Below, piece by piece: positions 43,335-45,981 of a DNA stretch of 45,981 bases. A model generated the notes under the pieces. The model made no database searches. It was not told where the DNA came from and saw nothing but the letters and a program-made list of their open reading frames with translations. The first letter of the stretch is position 1. Every line of letters begins with the position of its first letter. The translations under genes were made by a program, and so were the position numbers. Where the stretch lies: positions 1 through 45,981 of the IMG/VR virus record IMGVR_UViG_3300024186_000003; one strand, 5' to 3'. The stretch comes from a virus. Its lineage: Duplodnaviria > Caudoviricetes.

Positions 43335-43521
43335 CGAGGCCGGGACCACACCGGCCTCGTATTCCATTTAATCCCTAGTTTCGTCATGGCCGGGCCTACG
43401 GTTGCATTCCAAGCCGGATACTCAGGTGCAACTTTTAATCCCTGCGGCTTCATCCGATCCGCCTTCGTCCGGTTTCCCGGTGGGCCTATTCCGAAGTGTC
43501 AGCCGGTTCTTTCCCCCGGCA
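43335..43521 (-). ncRNA. Candidate structured RNA or leader with two TAGGCCC..GACGAA..AGGGATTAAA units
   Basis: Several hairpins and a duplicated three-part motif in a non-coding gap; family not recognised. Confidence 0.4.
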
Positions 43522-43591
43522 AGTCAGGTGGCGGGTAGCGCTACTTCCTCATCCACCAAAACTCTCCTTGTCATTGTGAGGTCGAATGCTG

Positions 43592-43762
43592 CGGCACAGC
43601 TTCGGCACAGAAATCGAGTTGGTTTCCTGTTTCGTTCATGGTCGTTCCGCTTCGTTCTACCTATGAAAAACAGTAACTTAGCTCTACTCTCATTCTGGCC
43701 TGGAAGCAAGCCGGATTTGAAACTATTAGCTAATTTCCACATATATCTGTGCCACGGCACAG
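43592..43762. other. Putative attP with arm-type repeats (CGGCACAG at 43592, 43603, 43755; inverted CTGTGCC at 43747)
   Basis: AT-richer gap right after the integrase stop, bracketed by paired repeats; core not identified. Confidence 0.55.
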
Positions 43763-44752
43763 CTATATATTAGCCGCCCTTTCCTGATGGGTCGGGGAAT
43801 GGTGCCCATAGACCCGTTCTAACGTCTTGACGGTCATCCCAAGGAAGCCAGCCGTCTCCCAAATCGGCACGTTGGCCTGCATCATCCATGTCGCGCGGGT
43901 GTGCCGCAGCGTGTGCCGGGTGACGCCTGAAAGCTTCGCGGCCTTGATGACCTTGCGCCAGCTCGTATGCGGATCGCGCGGCGCGCGGCCTTCGAAGTGG
44001 CAGATATATCGGCCGGCACCGTCAAGGCGCTTCCATCGCTTCAGGTGAGCCAGGATGCGCCTGCCAAGGCGGACCTTCGGCGCGCGTTTCTTTTCGTCCT
44101 GCCGAGCGCCAGCGCGGACCCGCGACATAACGCCAGCCCGCAAGTCTATTTGGTCCCATTGCATGGCGAGGATCACGCCAGGACGTGAGCCGGTGTAGAG
44201 CCCCAGCAGGATCATTCGGCGAAGGTGCTGATAGGGCCTTGCGGCCTTAAGCAGGCTAGCGGCTTCCGATCGCGTCAGCCATCGTTCGCGCGGCGGGTTC
44301 TCTGCCGGGCGCCAGAATGTCGGCATGAATTGCAGCGGGCCATATTCCCGGTGCCAATGCAGCGTGGCGGCCCGCAGGATTTTCAGATCGGCGCCGGCTC
44401 CCGACGCGCTTTTGGTCGCGGCGTATTGCCGGCAGGTCTTGGTTGAGATTTCAATGGCAGTCTTATCGCCCCACCAACTCAGCAAATTCCCAATGTTATA
44501 GCCAATGTTGCGCGCCGACTTTTTGTGCGGGGCAACCTCAGTCCCATAGACGTTGAGGACATCCGCGATCATGGGCGCGCTCGACGGTTCTGGCCTGTGC
44601 TTGTGGCCGATGTATTGCGCGAGGAATTTCTCAGCCCGAGCGCCGTCTCCCTCGCCGCAGCCAGTGCGGACGAAGCGCGTTCCGTCTCGGATGACCCACT
44701 GCTTCCGCCTCGGATCAAGGTAAAGTCTCGGCCCTTTAGATCGACGCGGCAT
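43763..44752 (-). CDS. int: Phage integrase (tyrosine recombinase)
   Basis: TGSRPG (R), HTLRHT (HxxR), LGM, VYGH (Y); N-terminal arm-binding-like domain. Confidence 0.92.
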   Translation of the reverse strand: MPRRSKGPRLYLDPRRKQWVIRDGTRFVRTGCGEGDGARAEKFLAQYIGHKHRPEPSSAPMIADVLNVYGTEVAPHKKSARNIGYNIGNLLSWWGDKTAIEISTKTCRQYAATKSASGAGADLKILRAATLHWHREYGPLQFMPTFWRPAENPPRERWLTRSEAASLLKAARPYQHLRRMILLGLYTGSRPGVILAMQWDQIDLRAGVMSRVRAGARQDEKKRAPKVRLGRRILAHLKRWKRLDGAGRYICHFEGRAPRDPHTSWRKVIKAAKLSGVTRHTLRHTRATWMMQANVPIWETAGFLGMTVKTLERVYGHHSPTHQERAANI

Positions 44753-44916
44753 TGCTTGACCATTTCCTTGATATCGGCGGGGGTTGTATAATATCGCTTC
44801 CCGATCCTGTAGATTGTCAAGCGACCACGACCCGCCTCCGCGCGGAGTGTGGAAACCGTATAGCCGTAGTGGCTTGCGGCGTCCTTCAGCGTGATCGTGT
44901 CATCGTCCTGGGTCAT
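44569..44916 (-). CDS. xis: Excisionase-like HTH protein overlapping int
   Basis: ITLKDAA...TVSTLRAEAGRGRL.IYRIGKRYYTT..DI.EM; directly upstream of int. Confidence 0.75.
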   Translation of the reverse strand: MTQDDDTITLKDAASHYGYTVSTLRAEAGRGRLTIYRIGKRYYTTPADIKEMVKQCRVDLKGRDFTLIRGGSSGSSETERASSALAAARETALGLRNSSRNTSATSTGQNRRARP

Positions 44917-44939
44917 GTTTCCGTTTCAGTCATATGTGA

Positions 44940-45446
44940 TCAAACGGTGACGATGCCGCTCTCGCCTTTATCTATAGCGGCATTGAGTTTGCCCATGATC
45001 TGCTCGCCAACGGTTAGCGCGCGCTGCACATCAGGATTGGACGTGTCACTCTTGCGAAGGCCGTCTAGGACTTCCCGCCACCACTCAGCCGGGTTTGCGA
45101 CGGCGCCGAGGTCTTTCAGCAGGGCAACCTGATCCTTGAATGGCTCGGGTATGGTGTAGTGGAAGTCTGCGTAGGTGCAGTCAAAATCATCGTCGGCGTC
45201 GTGTTTGAAGCCGGGAATGGCGCGCAACGTATCGTTGTCGATCTGGCCCTCCTCCCAATACTCGCCGCCCTTCTCGTAGGCGTCTCGATTTCCGCCACCC
45301 GTGCGGGTGTGGATGATAATTTCTGTGCCGTCCTCGCTCAGGAAGCAGTCTCGATAGCGCGGGATGCTGTCTGTGGTCGTGCCGAGCATTTGAAGCAGGA
45401 CGCCAGAGAACGGATTGGTGCCGAAAAGCATATTGTAGAGGCTCAT
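44940..45446 (-). CDS. Conserved hypothetical phage protein
   Basis: MSLYNMLFG.N...PRYRDCFL...HTRTGGGNR..Y...DDDFD.TYA; GGGAG RBS. Confidence 0.75.
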   Translation of the reverse strand: MSLYNMLFGTNPFSGVLLQMLGTTTDSIPRYRDCFLSEDGTEIIIHTRTGGGNRDAYEKGGEYWEEGQIDNDTLRAIPGFKHDADDDFDCTYADFHYTIPEPFKDQVALLKDLGAVANPAEWWREVLDGLRKSDTSNPDVQRALTVGEQIMGKLNAAIDKGESGIVTV

Positions 45447-45476
45447 CTAAATCTCCCGTTTGTCATTCATTCCACA

Positions 45477-45716
45477 TTACTGATCATCTTCGACGTAATC
45501 GTATGCCCCGACCTTGCAGGTTTCCCAGCCGCCGTCGTGATGATCAGTGTTGCAGTTATCGCACCAAGCGCGGTTGCCGCAGCACGTCGGACACTGATGC
45601 AGATTGCGGCGGTTGCCTACGCCTAATGCCGCAATGTCAGCATCACCGCGCAGGAAGTTCTGGCACGGCTGGCGGCCAATGGTGAACCGCTCTTGAGGCT
45701 TTTGCGCTGTTGTCAT
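45477..45716 (-). CDS. Zn-finger-like hypothetical protein
   Basis: CPTC...WC.NC.TDHH..GWE.C; ATGA-coupled. Confidence 0.6.
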   Translation of the reverse strand: MTTAQKPQERFTIGRQPCQNFLRGDADIAALGVGNRRNLHQCPTCCGNRAWCDNCNTDHHDGGWETCKVGAYDYVEDDQ

Positions 45717-45973
45717 TGCGGAAACGCCTTATTGAGAAAATCGCGGAGGGCCTTTAACTCGGATGGGGGAATTTCCCACTCAGCTTTCTCTGCGATCAGT
45801 TCGACTTGATCTTCATTAATGGCAAAGACGCCCCATCCTGCCTGCGGACCGTTCTGGCGGATTGTCAGGTTGCCACCGTCAAACACCAGCACGCTATTTC
45901 GCTGCAACTCCTTTTCAGGAGTGGCCCAAATCTTCGCCATCTCAGCGGGGTAATCTCGGTTTGCCATGTTCAC
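45713..45973 (-). CDS. Hypothetical protein
   Basis: Its GAGG RBS is completed only across the circular join. Confidence 0.6.
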   Translation of the reverse strand: MNMANRDYPAEMAKIWATPEKELQRNSVLVFDGGNLTIRQNGPQAGWGVFAINEDQVELIAEKAEWEIPPSELKALRDFLNKAFPQ

Positions 45974-45981
45974 ATATGCCT
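45964..45981 (+). repeat. Terminal direct repeat, right copy
   Basis: Identical to 1-18. Confidence 0.95.

Larger units (their letters stand above)
1..45981. mobile_element. Temperate podovirus-like phage genome, apparently complete and circularly permuted; alphaproteobacterial host
   Basis: All phage modules are present, with no host housekeeping genes. The ends share an 18-bp repeat, and the leftward operon runs through the join. Confidence 0.92.

Noticed and set aside
43335-43521. HEARO/omegaRNA, hammerhead or pistol ribozyme identity for the structured region
   Set aside because: Only short fragments resemble them. There is no IscB/TnpB gene nearby and I could not build the required cores, so it is kept as an unassigned candidate.
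43524-43760. 78-aa ORF downstream of int
   Set aside because: It runs across the att-like repeats and has no recognisable features; probably incidental.

Overview
The window looks like one complete, circularly permuted genome (about 45,963 bp unique; bases 1-18 repeat at 45964-45981) of a temperate, short-tailed (P22-like tail machine) phage of an alphaproteobacterium, probably Hyphomicrobiales. The host inference rests on a GcrA homologue, the base composition and the gene content. Module order: leftward recombination operon (DUF968-like, NinB, YqaJ exonuclease, Erf); cI/cro switch with five ATGCA-N3-TGCAT-type operators; rightward early genes (CII-like, GcrA, replication, late regulator); late operon (TerS, a split TerL, portal, GroES, scaffold, capsid, a glycosyltransferase, several fibres, adaptor, gp10-like hub, ejection proteins, tailspike); a small moron; lysis genes; then a long leftward accessory operon holding an arm-less tyrosine recombinase, a putative attP, integrase and excisionase. 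The most unusual observations are a tailspike and its partner that both carry Sec-type signal peptides, a tandem structured non-coding element beside attP, a symE/mok-like leader on a holin-like gene, the split and overlapping terminase, and a capsid-linked glycosyltransferase. All family calls are motif recognition by eye; no searches were run.
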